Origin: Collinsella sp.
GTDB taxonomy: Bacteria > Actinomycetota > Coriobacteriia > Coriobacteriales > Coriobacteriaceae
Assembly (NCBI GenBank): GCA_034102905.1
Contig: JAXEGS010000044.1
Span: 7,609 to 71,608 of the forward strand
DNA length: 64,000 bases
Direction of reading: 5' to 3'
Under the pieces are notes generated by a model. It saw nothing but the letters and a program-made list of their open reading frames with translations. It was not told the DNA's origin and made no database searches. Shown here piece after piece: positions 20,410-29,892 of this stretch (the stretch's first letter is position 1; the number at the start of each line of letters is the position of its first letter). The position numbers and the translations under genes are program-made.

Positions 20410-22881
20410 ATGAGACGAGAACCGACAGACCAGATGAGCCTCTTCCCCGAGGAGGCCCCGGCACCGCCCGCGCCCGGCCCCGCCCGCCGCGCGGTCGCGC
20501 CCGCCGCTGCCTACCTCTCCGTCGTCGTCGACATCCCCTCCCGCGCCCTCTCCGAGCCCTTCGCCTACGGCGTCTCCGCTGAGCTCGAGGGCGATGCCGA
20601 GGTCGGTTCCACCGTGCTCGTCAACTTCGCCGGCCGCATGGCCGCCGGCTACGTCGTCGCCCGTGCGGCCAGCCTCGCGAAGCTCCCGGGCGCCGCCGGG
20701 CTCGATCCCGCCCGCGTCAAGCTCGTCCGCCAGGTCCTCGCCCCGAGCGCCTTCTCGGAGGTCTCGGCTTCCGTGGCCTTCTGGATGAGCCGCGAGTACG
20801 TGGCCTCCCTCGCGGAGTGCCTCCGCCTCTTCCTGCCGCCCGGGGGCAGCCCGCGCGTGCGCCGCACCGAGGACGGAACCTACGAACTCGCGGCCCCGAG
20901 CGTCACCCCGGTGAGCGAGCGCTGGGTGTCGCTCACCGACGACGGCCGCGCCTTCGCCCCGCGCGCGAACGCGACCCGTCAGCGCCAGCTCATCGCGGCC
21001 CTCTCCTGCGGGCCCGTCACCACCCGCGAGCTCAACCTGCTCTACGCCGACATGTCCTCCGCGATCCGCTCCCTCGAGCGGCAGGGGGTCGTCACCGTGG
21101 AGGAACGCCGCGCCTGGCGGGGGAGCGGCAGCTCGGAGACCTCGCTCTCCTCCGCGCGCGCCGCGGCCCCGGCCGAGCTCACCGCGGGCCAGCGGGAGGC
21201 CCTCGCCGCCATCGACGACGCCGCGGCCGCGGGCCAGGGCGACGTCGTCCTCGTGGACGGGGTCACGGGCTCGGGCAAGACCGAGGTTTACCTCTCGGCG
21301 ATCGAGCGGGTTCTCGCGCGCGGCCGCACGGCCTGCGTCCTCGTGCCCGAGATCTCCCTCACGGCCCAGACCGTCGGCCGCTTCCGCTCGCGCTTCGGTC
21401 CGGCCGTCGCGGTCTTCCACTCGCGGCTCTCCGCCGGCGAGCGCCTGGACCAGTGGGACATGGTGCGCTCGGGCGCGGCCCGCGTCGTCGTGGGCGCCCG
21501 CTCGGCGCTCTTCTGCCCGCTCGCAAACCTCGGCCTCATCATCATCGACGAGGAGCACGAGCAGTCCTACAAGCAGGGTTCGAGCCCGCGCTACCATGCG
21601 CGCGAGGTGGCCGCCGAGATGGCGCGCCGCCACCGCTGCCCGCTCGTGCTCGGCTCGGCCACGCCCTCGGCCGAGGCCCTCGCCCGCTGCGCCGCGGGCG
21701 ACCTCGACGGCCAGCGCTGGACGCGGGTGTCCATGCCGGAGCGCCCCGGCGGCGCCGTGCTGCCCTCCATCCGCATCGTCGACCTGCGGCGCGAGTTCGC
21801 GGGCGGCCGCCGCTCGATCTTCTCGCGCGCACTCGAGGAGGCGCTCTTCGGGGTCGTCGAGCGGGGCGAGAAGGCCGTGCTCCTGCACAACCGCCGCGGG
21901 TTCGCGCCCTTCCTCATGTGCCGTGACTGCGGATGCGTCCCCACCTGCCGCCACTGCTCCACGGCCCTCACCTACCACGAGCGCACCCACGAGCTCGCCT
22001 GCCACACCTGCGGGGCCACCTACCGCGTGCGGCCCTATCCGGCCCCGGGCTCGGCCTGCCCCAAGTGCGGGAGCCGCTACCTCGCCAAGATGGGGCTCGG
22101 CACCCAGCAGGTGGAGGACGCCCTCGTGGAGCTCCTTCCCGACCACGTGCCCGTCATCCGCATGGACGCCGACACCACCCGCGGTAAGGACGCCCACAAA
22201 CAGCTGCTCGAGGAGTTCGACGCCGCGCCCACGGCGGTCCTCCTCGGCACGCAGATGATCGCCAAGGGCCTCGATTTCCCCGAGGTCACGCTCGCTGCCG
22301 TGGTGAACGCCGACTACGCCCTCAAGATGCCCGACTTCCGTGCCCAGGAGCGCGCCTTCAACCTGCTTGAGCAGGTGGCCGGCCGTGCCGGGCGGGGCGA
22401 TCGCCCCGGTGAGGTCATCATCCAGACCTACCTGCCCGACGACCCGGTCATCCGGGCCGTGGCCGCGCATCGACGCGAGATCTTCACCGAGCACGACCTC
22501 GCCCAGCGCCGCGAGGCCCTCTACCCGCCCTTTGTGCGCCTCGCGAACGTGACCGTCTGGGGCCCGGACGAGGCGGCCGCCCGCACCCACATCGAGCGCA
22601 TCGCCGCGGCCGCGGCCGAGCTCCTGCCCGGGTCCGGGCCCCTCGCGCGCCTCGGCGCCGCGCCCGCCGCTGAGCCTGGGTCCCTGCTCGCGGTACCCCA
22701 GATCCTCGGGCCCACATCCTGCGTGATCGGGCGCGCGAAGGATCGCTACCGGTTCCATTTTCTGGTGAAGTCGCCGATTGGGTATCATGTATCGAATGCG
22801 CTCGCCCGCGCCGTCGGCCAGGTGGGCGCCAAACCCGGAATCAAAGTCAGCGTCGACATCGACGCCTATGATCTGATGTAG
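20410..22881 (+). CDS. priA: Primosomal protein N' (replication restart helicase PriA)
   Basis: Walker A GVTGSGKTEVY, IIIDEEHEQSY, a Cys-rich zinc module (CRDCG..CRHC..CHTCG..CPKCG), and C-terminal FRFHFLVKS. ATG 20410; ATG 20434 is an alternative. Confidence 0.93.
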   Translation: MRREPTDQMSLFPEEAPAPPAPGPARRAVAPAAAYLSVVVDIPSRALSEPFAYGVSAELEGDAEVGSTVLVNFAGRMAAGYVVARAASLAKLPGAAGLDPARVKLVRQVLAPSAFSEVSASVAFWMSREYVASLAECLRLFLPPGGSPRVRRTEDGTYELAAPSVTPVSERWVSLTDDGRAFAPRANATRQRQLIAALSCGPVTTRELNLLYADMSSAIRSLERQGVVTVEERRAWRGSGSSETSLSSARAAAPAELTAGQREALAAIDDAAAAGQGDVVLVDGVTGSGKTEVYLSAIERVLARGRTACVLVPEISLTAQTVGRFRSRFGPAVAVFHSRLSAGERLDQWDMVRSGAARVVVGARSALFCPLANLGLIIIDEEHEQSYKQGSSPRYHAREVAAEMARRHRCPLVLGSATPSAEALARCAAGDLDGQRWTRVSMPERPGGAVLPSIRIVDLRREFAGGRRSIFSRALEEALFGVVERGEKAVLLHNRRGFAPFLMCRDCGCVPTCRHCSTALTYHERTHELACHTCGATYRVRPYPAPGSACPKCGSRYLAKMGLGTQQVEDALVELLPDHVPVIRMDADTTRGKDAHKQLLEEFDAAPTAVLLGTQMIAKGLDFPEVTLAAVVNADYALKMPDFRAQERAFNLLEQVAGRAGRGDRPGEVIIQTYLPDDPVIRAVAAHRREIFTEHDLAQRREALYPPFVRLANVTVWGPDEAAARTHIERIAAAAAELLPGSGPLARLGAAPAAEPGSLLAVPQILGPTSCVIGRAKDRYRFHFLVKSPIGYHVSNALARAVGQVGAKPGIKVSVDIDAYDLM

Positions 22882-22897
22882 AAAGGAGCGCGAAGCG

Positions 22898-23434
22898 ATG
22901 GAAGTGAACGGCATCGTCCTCTCACCCGATCCGCGCCTGCGCCAGGAGTGCAAGGAGATCGACGAGATCACGCCCGAGATCGTCGAGCTCGCCGCCCGTA
23001 TGCGCACCACTATGTTCGAGGACGGCGGCTGCGGCCTCGCGGCGCCGCAGGTGGGGGAGCTCGTCCAGCTCGTCCTCGTGGACACCACCTACACGGGCGC
23101 CGACGACTACGACCCCTACGTCCTCATCAACCCCAAGATCGTGGAGAGCTCGGACACACTCGTCCCCTACAACGAGGGCTGCCTCTCCATCCCGGGCATC
23201 AACTGCGAGATCATGCGCCCCGACCGCGTGGTCGTCGAGGCGTACAACCTCGAGGGCGACCTCATGCGCTACGAGGCCGAGGGGGACCTCCTCTGCGTCT
23301 GCCTGCAGCATGAGATCGACCACCTGCACGGCATCACCATGTTCGAGCGCCTCGCGCCCGCTGAGCGCATGAGGGCGCTCAGGGCCTACCAGGACGCCCT
23401 CGCCCGCGGCGCCAAGCCGGGGGAGACCGAGTAG
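22898..23434 (+). CDS. def: Peptide deformylase
   Basis: 178 aa with motifs GCGLAAPQVG, EGCLSIPG and HEIDHLHG. GAAAGGAG lies upstream. Confidence 0.96.
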   Translation: MEVNGIVLSPDPRLRQECKEIDEITPEIVELAARMRTTMFEDGGCGLAAPQVGELVQLVLVDTTYTGADDYDPYVLINPKIVESSDTLVPYNEGCLSIPGINCEIMRPDRVVVEAYNLEGDLMRYEAEGDLLCVCLQHEIDHLHGITMFERLAPAERMRALRAYQDALARGAKPGETE

Positions 23435-23503
23435 GCGGCCCCGCGCCCGCAGCATCCGAGCGGTCCCGAGGCGGGGCCGCTCCCGTCTCACGCAGGAGGA
23501 TCA

Positions 23504-24424
23504 ATGCGCGTCGTATTCATGGGAACCCCTGAGTTCGCGGTGCCGTCGCTTCGCGCGCTCGCCGGGGAGCACGAGGTCGCCCTCGTGCTCACGCGCCCCG
23601 ACGCCGTGCGGGGCCGTGGGCGCTCCCTCGCGCCCTCGCCCGTCAAGGCCGCGGCCGCGGAGCTCGGGATTCCCGTCCTCACCTGCTCCCACATCGAGCC
23701 GGAGGTCCTCCGCGCCCTCGAGGACGCGCGGGCCGATGTCTTCTGCGTGGCCGCCTTCGGGTGCATCCTGCCCGATGCGGTCCTCACGATGGCGCCCCTC
23801 GGCTGCGTGAACGTTCACGCCTCGCTGCTGCCGCGCTGGCGCGGGGCGGCGCCCATCCAGCGCGCGATCCTCGCCGGCGACACCGAGACGGGCGTCTCCA
23901 TCATGCGGATCGGGAAGGGCGTCGACACCGGTGCCTACTGCGCGCAGGCGAGCTGCCCGGTGCCCGGCAAGGGCGCCGACGAGCTCACCGCCGAGCTGGC
24001 CGCCCTCGGCGCCGAGTTGCTCGCGCGGACCCTGCCCGAGCTCGCCTCCGGCCGCGCGCGCTGGGTCGAGCAGGACGAGGCCCTCGTCACCCATGCGGCC
24101 AAGATCTCCAAGGCGGAGCTTCGCCTCGACCCGGGTGCGACCGCCGAGGACAACGCCCGCCGCGTCCTCGCGTCGAGCGACGCGGCGCCGGCGCGCTGCC
24201 TCATCGCCGGGAAGCCCGCCCGCGTGCTCGCGGCGCGGCCGCAGGGGGGAGACGCCCCCGCCGCCGGTGCCCTCACCCTGCGGGGGAAGCGCGTCCTGCT
24301 CGGTTGCGCTGATGGCGCGCTCGAGCTCATCTCCCTGAAGCCCGACGGCAAGCGCGCGATGGACGCGGCGGCGTGGGCGGCCGGCCACCAGGGCGGCGCC
24401 GGCACCTGGGGCGCCCTCTCGTGA
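23504..24424 (+). CDS. fmt: Methionyl-tRNA formyltransferase
   Basis: 306 aa. MRVVFMGTPEFAVPSL, HASLLPRWRGAAPIQRAI. Canonical def-fmt order. Confidence 0.95.
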   Translation: MRVVFMGTPEFAVPSLRALAGEHEVALVLTRPDAVRGRGRSLAPSPVKAAAAELGIPVLTCSHIEPEVLRALEDARADVFCVAAFGCILPDAVLTMAPLGCVNVHASLLPRWRGAAPIQRAILAGDTETGVSIMRIGKGVDTGAYCAQASCPVPGKGADELTAELAALGAELLARTLPELASGRARWVEQDEALVTHAAKISKAELRLDPGATAEDNARRVLASSDAAPARCLIAGKPARVLAARPQGGDAPAAGALTLRGKRVLLGCADGALELISLKPDGKRAMDAAAWAAGHQGGAGTWGALS

Positions 24425-25749
24425 GCGCGGCGACGCCGGCCAGGCGCTGCGCCCTCTCGGTCCTCGCCCTCGCCGAGCGCGAGGGCTCCTACGTTCGCGA
24501 CCTCCTTGACGCCGTCCAGCGCGGGGAGGGGGCCTGTCCGGTGATGGAGCCGCGCGAGGCCGCGTTCTGCCTGCGGCTCTCGCTCGGGGTCACGGCGACC
24601 TCCGGCTGCCTCGACGAGGCCCTGAACGCGCACCTGCGCCGACCGCGCGACGTCTCGCCCCGGGTCCGGCAGGCGCTCCGCATCGCCGCGTTCGAGCTCA
24701 TCTACCTCGGCACGGCGCCCGAGATCGCGGTCAGCCAGGGGGTCGAGCTCGTGCGGAGCCAGGCCCGGGCCGCCTCGGGGCTCGCGAATGCGGTCCTGCA
24801 CCGGGTCGCCCGCGACCGCGCGGCCTTCCTCGAGGCCGCTGACGCCGCGCCCGCGGAGCGCGACCTCGTCGCGGCGGCGCGCCGCGCCGGGCTGCCGCGC
24901 TGGCTCGCGCGCGCCTGCCGCGCGGCGGCGGGGGAGGCCGCACCGGGGCTCATCGCGTCCGCCCTCGAGCAGGCTCCGGCCGCGGCCTGCGTGAACCCGC
25001 GCCGGGCCGCGGACGCCCTCCCCGGGCTCGGCGCCCCGGCGGACGGGTTCCCTTCGGGCACCGTCATCGTCGACGACCTCTCCGCCCTCGTCCGCTCGGG
25101 CGCGCCCGCGGCCGGCGACGTTGTGATCTCCGACCTGCATGCGCAGGAGGTCGCCCTCGCCGCCGTGGCGCCGGGGACCTGCCTGGAGATCGGCGCGGGC
25201 CGCGGGACCAAGACCTTCGTCATGGCCGCCGCCGCGGCGCGCGCCGGGATCGCCCGCGAGCACGTGGCCGTCGAGCTCGCCGAGGGGAAGTGCCGCGAGA
25301 ACCGGCGGCGCCTCGAGGCCGCGTGCCTCGCCGGCGGCATCGAGGTGATCGCCGGCGATGCCACCGACCTCGACCGCGCCCTCGCCCCGCGTGACGCCGA
25401 CGGGAGGGCGCGCTTCGACCGCGTGCTCGTGGACGCGCCCTGCTCCGGGACGGGGACCATGCGCCGCCACCCTGAGATCTGCTGGCGGCTCGCGCCCGAG
25501 GATGTCACGGGGGCGCTCCCCGCCCTCCAGGGGCGCCTGCTCCGTGAGGCGGCGGCGCGCGTGGCGCCGGGCGGCAGGCTCGTCTACGCGACCTGCTCCG
25601 TGCTCCCCGCGGAGAATGACGAGGTGGTGGACGCGTTCCTTTCGAGTGCGGCGGGCGCGGCCTTCCGCGAGCTGCGCCGGAGCCAGACGTTCCCGGCACC
25701 CGGCGCCTTCGACGGCCACTTCTTCGCCGAGCTCGCCCGCGAGGGCTGA
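24421..25749 (+). CDS. rsmB: 16S rRNA (cytosine-C5)-methyltransferase RsmB/Sun
   Basis: NusB-like N-terminal domain plus a SAM methyltransferase domain with DAPCSGTGTMRRHPE and YATCSVLPAEND. GTG 24421 overlaps the fmt stop (GTGA); ATG 24373 is an alternative. Confidence 0.88.
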   Translation: MSAATPARRCALSVLALAEREGSYVRDLLDAVQRGEGACPVMEPREAAFCLRLSLGVTATSGCLDEALNAHLRRPRDVSPRVRQALRIAAFELIYLGTAPEIAVSQGVELVRSQARAASGLANAVLHRVARDRAAFLEAADAAPAERDLVAAARRAGLPRWLARACRAAAGEAAPGLIASALEQAPAAACVNPRRAADALPGLGAPADGFPSGTVIVDDLSALVRSGAPAAGDVVISDLHAQEVALAAVAPGTCLEIGAGRGTKTFVMAAAAARAGIAREHVAVELAEGKCRENRRRLEAACLAGGIEVIAGDATDLDRALAPRDADGRARFDRVLVDAPCSGTGTMRRHPEICWRLAPEDVTGALPALQGRLLREAAARVAPGGRLVYATCSVLPAENDEVVDAFLSSAAGAAFRELRRSQTFPAPGAFDGHFFAELAREG

Positions 25750-25813
25750 GGCGGGGCCGGTGCGGGATGTGGGACGAGATGGAGCGACATCGATGAGAGG
25801 AGTGTGAGGTGGC

Positions 25814-25957
25814 ATGGCGAGCAAGGGGAAATCCGACGCCAAGCGGTCCGCTAAGGAGATGGAGGAGCGCCGACGCAGCGACTCCGAGGGCTTCCGCATT
25901 TTGAAGCCCGCACCGAAGGACATGAAGAAGGGCAAGCGGGCGCATGACGGCGCCTAG
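25814..25957 (+). CDS. Candidate 47-aa highly basic small protein (below the ORF-track cutoff)
   Basis: My translation is MASKGKSDAKRSAKEMEERRRSDSEGFRILKPAPKDMKKGKRAHDGA*. ATG 25814 is preceded by GAGGAG/GAGGTGG. Third positions are mostly G/C, like the neighbouring genes. The 9 Lys codons are unlikely in a chance ORF at this G+C. It sits in the rsmB to GH13-GH77 gap. Confidence 0.4.
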   Translation: MASKGKSDAKRSAKEMEERRRSDSEGFRILKPAPKDMKKGKRAHDGA

Positions 25958-26077
25958 CGCGCCCGACGCCGCACGCGAATCCCCGTGGGCGACGCCGTGC
26001 CCAGAGCCCCGCGTGCCGGGATGCCCGCAAGCCCTATATAATCGAGGCTCTGCCTTCCCCGACACATGAGGTGGCCC

Positions 26078-29000
26078 ATGAGAATCTCCCATAACAGCCG
26101 CTCCGACAGCGACCGCTTCCCCGGGGGCGCGGTTCCCGTTGGGACGACGGTCCGGCTCTCTGCCCGCGTCACCGAGGGCGATCCCGAGCGGATGGGGGTC
26201 ACGCTCCGCATCTGGGTCGATGGGGAGGGGGAGACCCTCATCCCCTGCACCTCGGATCCCGAAGATCCGGGCAGGTTCACCGCGGAGCTCCCCCTCGACC
26301 GGCCTAACCTCGTCTGGTACCGGTTCCTGGCGCAAGGGGACGGCTGCACCCTCACCCTCGGCGCCCCCGAGGGACGGGTGGGAGGGGAGGGGGTCTGCGG
26401 CGAGGACCCCGAGCCGCCGTCCTTCCAGATCACGGTCTACCGCCCTCGCGCCCGCCGCCCCGCCTGGTACGAGGAGGGGATCGTCTACCAGATCTTCCCC
26501 GACCGCTACCGTCGCGACCCGGCCTGGCGCGAGCGCGCCGGCGCCGCCCTCGCCGCCCCGCATGCGGGGATCCCGCGCCGGCTCGTCGAGGATTGGGACG
26601 AGCCGCCCGCCTACGAGCGCAACCCCGACGGCTCGATCGCCGCCTGGGACTTCTACGGCGGCTCCCTCAAGGGCATCGAAGGCGACCTCCCGCGCCTTGC
26701 CGACCTCGGCGTCACGGCCATCTACCTGAACCCCATCTTCGAGGCGGAGAGCAACCACCGCTACGACACGGGCGATTACCTGCGCATCGATCCGATCCTC
26801 GGCACCGAGGAGGACTTCGGCGACCTCTGCCGCGCCGCGGGGGAGCGCGGGATCTCGATCATTCTCGACGGCGTGTTCAACCACACCGGTGACGACTCGC
26901 TCTACTTCAACCGCTACGGCAACTACCCCGGCGTCGGCGCCTGGCAGAGCCCGTCCTCGCCCTGGCGCGATGCCTTCACCTTTCATGAGGACGGCAGCTA
27001 CGATAGCTGGTGGGGGATCGCGAACATGCCGGCACTCGCCGAGTCGTCCCCGCGCGTGCGCGACCTCATCTGCGGCGAGAACGGGGTCGTCCGCCGCTGG
27101 CTGCGCGCCGGCGCCCGCGGCTGGCGCCTCGACGTGGCCGATGAGCTCTCCGACGAGATGCTTCGCGAGATCAAGGCCGCGGCCGTGGCGGAGCGGCCCG
27201 ACGCTCTCGTGCTCGGCGAGGTCTGGGAGGACGCCTCGAATAAGGTGAGCTATGGCAGACTCCGCCGCTACCTCCTCGGCGACGAGCTCGACTCGGCCAT
27301 GAACTACCCCTTCCGCGACCTCGTCCTGGGGTTCCTCCTGGGGACGATGACGGCCGCGGAGGCCGCGGAGGCCATCGACGCGCTGGCCGAGAACTACCCG
27401 CCCGAGGCCCTCGCCTGCGCTCTCAACCTGCTCGGCAGCCATGACCGCCCGCGGATCGCCTCGGTCCTCGGCGGCGCGCCCGACGAGTCGGCCCTGCCCG
27501 AGGCCGAGCGCGGGCGCTGGCGCCTCGACGAGGGTTCCCTCGGTCTCGCGAAGGGGCGGTTCTGGCTCGCCTCGCTCATGCAGATGACCTTCCCGGGCGT
27601 CCCCTCCATCTACTACGGTGACGAGTTCGCCCTCGAAGGGCTCTCCGATCCGGGGAACCGCCGGACCCTGCCGGAGCTTGCCGACATCCGCGACACCGAC
27701 ATGCAGACGATCATAAAGAACGCCGCGGGTGTGCGCCGCGCGCTGCCGTTCCTGCGCGCGGCCGACATCTGCGCCGACGCGCCCGATCCCGACGTGCTCT
27801 CCTACACGCGCCGCTCTGAGGACGCGCCCGAGGCGGCCACGGTCCTCATCAACCGCAGCGCCTCCGAGGCGCGCCGCGTGCGGATCCGCGCCCTCGGCCC
27901 CGCCGCGACCGACATCGTCTCCGGCGCCGACCTCCCGGTCCTCGCCGACGGCACCGTCGAGGTCGAGCTCACGGGCCTCGGATCCGCAGTCGTCCACTTC
28001 CACGAGGAGGAGCGCCTGCAGGCCCCGCTCGCGTTCGGCGCCGGCACGGTCTGCCACATCACCTCCATCCCGAACGGGGGCGCCCCCGGGACCCTGGGCG
28101 CCCCGGCGCGCCGCTTCGTCGACCACCTCGCGCGGATGGGCCTCGCCTACTGGCAGGTGCTCCCCGTGAACCCGACGGACGCCTACCGCTCGCCCTATGC
28201 GGGCCCCTCGGCCTTCGCCGGCAACGTCGACCTTTTGGAGGAGGGGGAGGAGGAGCTCCGCGCGGCCTTCGCCGCGATCGGCGGCGGGAGCGGTACGGGG
28301 CTTCTGCCTGCGGGCGCGCCGGAGGGCCTGCGGTCGTTCGTGCGTGAGAACGCATCCTGGCTCGGGCCGCACTGCCTCTTCACGGCCATCAAGCGCGCCC
28401 GCGCCGGCGCCCCGTGGCAGGAGTGGGAGCCGGAGCTCCGCCGCTTCGCACCCGGGCTCCAGGATGACCCCCGCTTTGTCGACGAGGCCCGTTTCGAGGC
28501 GTATCGCCAGTTCCGTTTCGAGGAGGCCTGGCGCGACCTCCTCGCCTACGCGCACGCGCGGGGCGTGCGGATCATCGGCGACATCCCGATGTACGTCTCG
28601 GCGGACTCGGCCGACGCCTGGGCCGCCCCGGAGCTCTTCTGGCTCGATGGGGAGGGCCGCGTGCTCGAGGGGGCCGGCGCCCCGCCCGACCAGATGGCCC
28701 CGGAGGGCCAGGTCTGGGGGAACCCCACCTACCGTTGGGACCGGATGCGCTCGGACGGCTACCGCTGGTGGATCGAGCGGCTCCGGCGCGCGTGCTCCCT
28801 CTACGACGTCGTGCGCCTCGACCACTTCCTCGGCTTCCATGCCTACTTCAGCATCCCCGCCGGCGCCGAGGGCGCCTGCGGTCGCTGGCTTCCCGGACCG
28901 GGCGCCGAGCTCTTCGAGACCGCCCGACGCGAGCTCGGACCCCTGCCGTTCATCGCCGAGGACCTGGGGCTCCTCACGCCCGGCGTGCGGGGGCTCCTCG

Positions 29001-29398
29001 CGCGCTGCGGGTTCCCGGGGATGGACGTGCTCCAGTTCGAGAACTACGACGTTCGGGCCGGCATCGCCCCGCATCCTGAGAAGATCCTCTACACCTCGAC
29101 GCATGACACCTCCACCCTGCTCGGCTGGTGCGCGCGGGCCTTCACACCGGATGCGGGCGAGGACGCCGCCCGCGGGATCGCCGACGGCCTCGTCAAGAGC
29201 GCGCTCGACACCGACGCCTCGCTCGTCATGCTCCCGCTCCAGGACATCCTGCGCCTGGGCGACGCGGACCGGATGAACACGCCGGGCGTCGCCGAGGGGA
29301 ACTGGCGCTGGCAGGCGACGGAGGAGGCTGTCTGCTCGAACGAGGAGCGCTTCGCCGCGCTGATGATGATCGCCGGGCGCTTTCCCCGGGCGCGGTAG
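26078..29398 (+). CDS. malQ: Bifunctional GH13 alpha-amylase-family (neopullulanase/cyclomaltodextrinase-like) / GH77 4-alpha-glucanotransferase fusion
   Basis: ~1106 aa. The N-terminal ~640 aa carry GH13 regions DGVFNHTG, GWRLDVADEL, LGEVWED and LLGSHD. The C-terminal ~460 aa are MalQ-like (VCHITSIPNGG, YRSPYAGPSAFAGN, IIGDIPMYV, VRLDHFLGF, FIAEDLG). ATG 26078 is preceded by GAGGTGG; ATG 26066 is an alternative. Confidence 0.9.
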   Translation: MRISHNSRSDSDRFPGGAVPVGTTVRLSARVTEGDPERMGVTLRIWVDGEGETLIPCTSDPEDPGRFTAELPLDRPNLVWYRFLAQGDGCTLTLGAPEGRVGGEGVCGEDPEPPSFQITVYRPRARRPAWYEEGIVYQIFPDRYRRDPAWRERAGAALAAPHAGIPRRLVEDWDEPPAYERNPDGSIAAWDFYGGSLKGIEGDLPRLADLGVTAIYLNPIFEAESNHRYDTGDYLRIDPILGTEEDFGDLCRAAGERGISIILDGVFNHTGDDSLYFNRYGNYPGVGAWQSPSSPWRDAFTFHEDGSYDSWWGIANMPALAESSPRVRDLICGENGVVRRWLRAGARGWRLDVADELSDEMLREIKAAAVAERPDALVLGEVWEDASNKVSYGRLRRYLLGDELDSAMNYPFRDLVLGFLLGTMTAAEAAEAIDALAENYPPEALACALNLLGSHDRPRIASVLGGAPDESALPEAERGRWRLDEGSLGLAKGRFWLASLMQMTFPGVPSIYYGDEFALEGLSDPGNRRTLPELADIRDTDMQTIIKNAAGVRRALPFLRAADICADAPDPDVLSYTRRSEDAPEAATVLINRSASEARRVRIRALGPAATDIVSGADLPVLADGTVEVELTGLGSAVVHFHEEERLQAPLAFGAGTVCHITSIPNGGAPGTLGAPARRFVDHLARMGLAYWQVLPVNPTDAYRSPYAGPSAFAGNVDLLEEGEEELRAAFAAIGGGSGTGLLPAGAPEGLRSFVRENASWLGPHCLFTAIKRARAGAPWQEWEPELRRFAPGLQDDPRFVDEARFEAYRQFRFEEAWRDLLAYAHARGVRIIGDIPMYVSADSADAWAAPELFWLDGEGRVLEGAGAPPDQMAPEGQVWGNPTYRWDRMRSDGYRWWIERLRRACSLYDVVRLDHFLGFHAYFSIPAGAEGACGRWLPGPGAELFETARRELGPLPFIAEDLGLLTPGVRGLLARCGFPGMDVLQFENYDVRAGIAPHPEKILYTSTHDTSTLLGWCARAFTPDAGEDAARGIADGLVKSALDTDASLVMLPLQDILRLGDADRMNTPGVAEGNWRWQATEEAVCSNEERFAALMMIAGRFPRAR

Positions 29399-29520
29399 AG
29401 GAGAATTCGCGCGGAATGGCGCCCGCTTGCCCGCCCCGCGCGGCGGCGGGCGCAAAGCTGGGTAGAGTAGTGCACGTTTGCGATGAGAACGCATCGGGCA
29501 CAGAGAGGGTTTTGGGTTCT

Positions 29521-29769
29521 ATGGCACATTACGACTATCGCTGCACGTCCTGCTCGCGGGTGTTCGAGGTCGAGCACGGCATGACGGAGCGGCCGAGCAT
29601 CACCTGCCCCACCTGCGGCGCGCCGGCCGAGAAGGTCTTCAGCGCGAGCGGGATCGAGTTCAAGGGCAGCGGTTTCTACAACACCGACCAGCGTGGGGGC
29701 TCCTCCGCCACGAAGGCGAGCGCCGCGCCGGCCCACAGCTGCGAGAACTGCCCGCATAAGGGCGAGTAG
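29521..29769 (+). CDS. FmdB-family zinc-ribbon protein (CxxC_CxxC_SSSS)
   Basis: 82 aa. MAHYDYRCTSC...ITCPTCG is the family N-terminal signature, and there is an extra C-terminal CENC pair. Confidence 0.85.
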   Translation: MAHYDYRCTSCSRVFEVEHGMTERPSITCPTCGAPAEKVFSASGIEFKGSGFYNTDQRGGSSATKASAAPAHSCENCPHKGE

Positions 29770-29796
29770 GCCAGACGGCACCCAGCGCCGTCCGAA

Positions 29797-29824
29797 GGGG
29801 TCCGCATGCGCGGGCCCCTTTTTT
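29797..29824 (+). terminator. Rho-independent terminator after the FmdB-family gene
   Basis: GGGGTCCGC-ATGC-GCGGGCCCC hairpin followed by TTTTTT. Confidence 0.8.
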
Positions 29825-29886
29825 GTCTCGGGCGCACGGTTCGATTGAGATATTCTTTGATATGTTAATATGTTACAAAATATCCA

Positions 29887-29892
29887 TATAAT
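29887..29892 (+). promoter_or_regulatory. Perfect TATAAT -10 hexamer inside an AT-rich orphan island
   Basis: TATAAT at 29887-29892 is embedded in ~60 nt of very AT-rich DNA that contains a tandem ATATGTTA ATATGTTA. The -35 is poor (TGTTAA at 18-nt spacing). GGAGGA lies 12 nt downstream. Confidence 0.3.

Noticed and set aside
25505-29494. 1329-aa ORF on the - strand
   Set aside because: It is antisense to the GH13-GH77 gene and rsmB, low-complexity and Arg/Gly/Pro-rich, with no recognisable domain. It is a shadow ORF.
29843-29880. dif (XerCD) site in the AT-rich island between convergent genes
   Set aside because: ATATGTTAATA resembles the XerD arm TTATGTTAAAT at 8/11 positions. However, the sequence at the expected XerC-arm position matches poorly (about 5/11). 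Gene orientation also flips back at 39.7 kb, so this is not a terminus-like strand switch.
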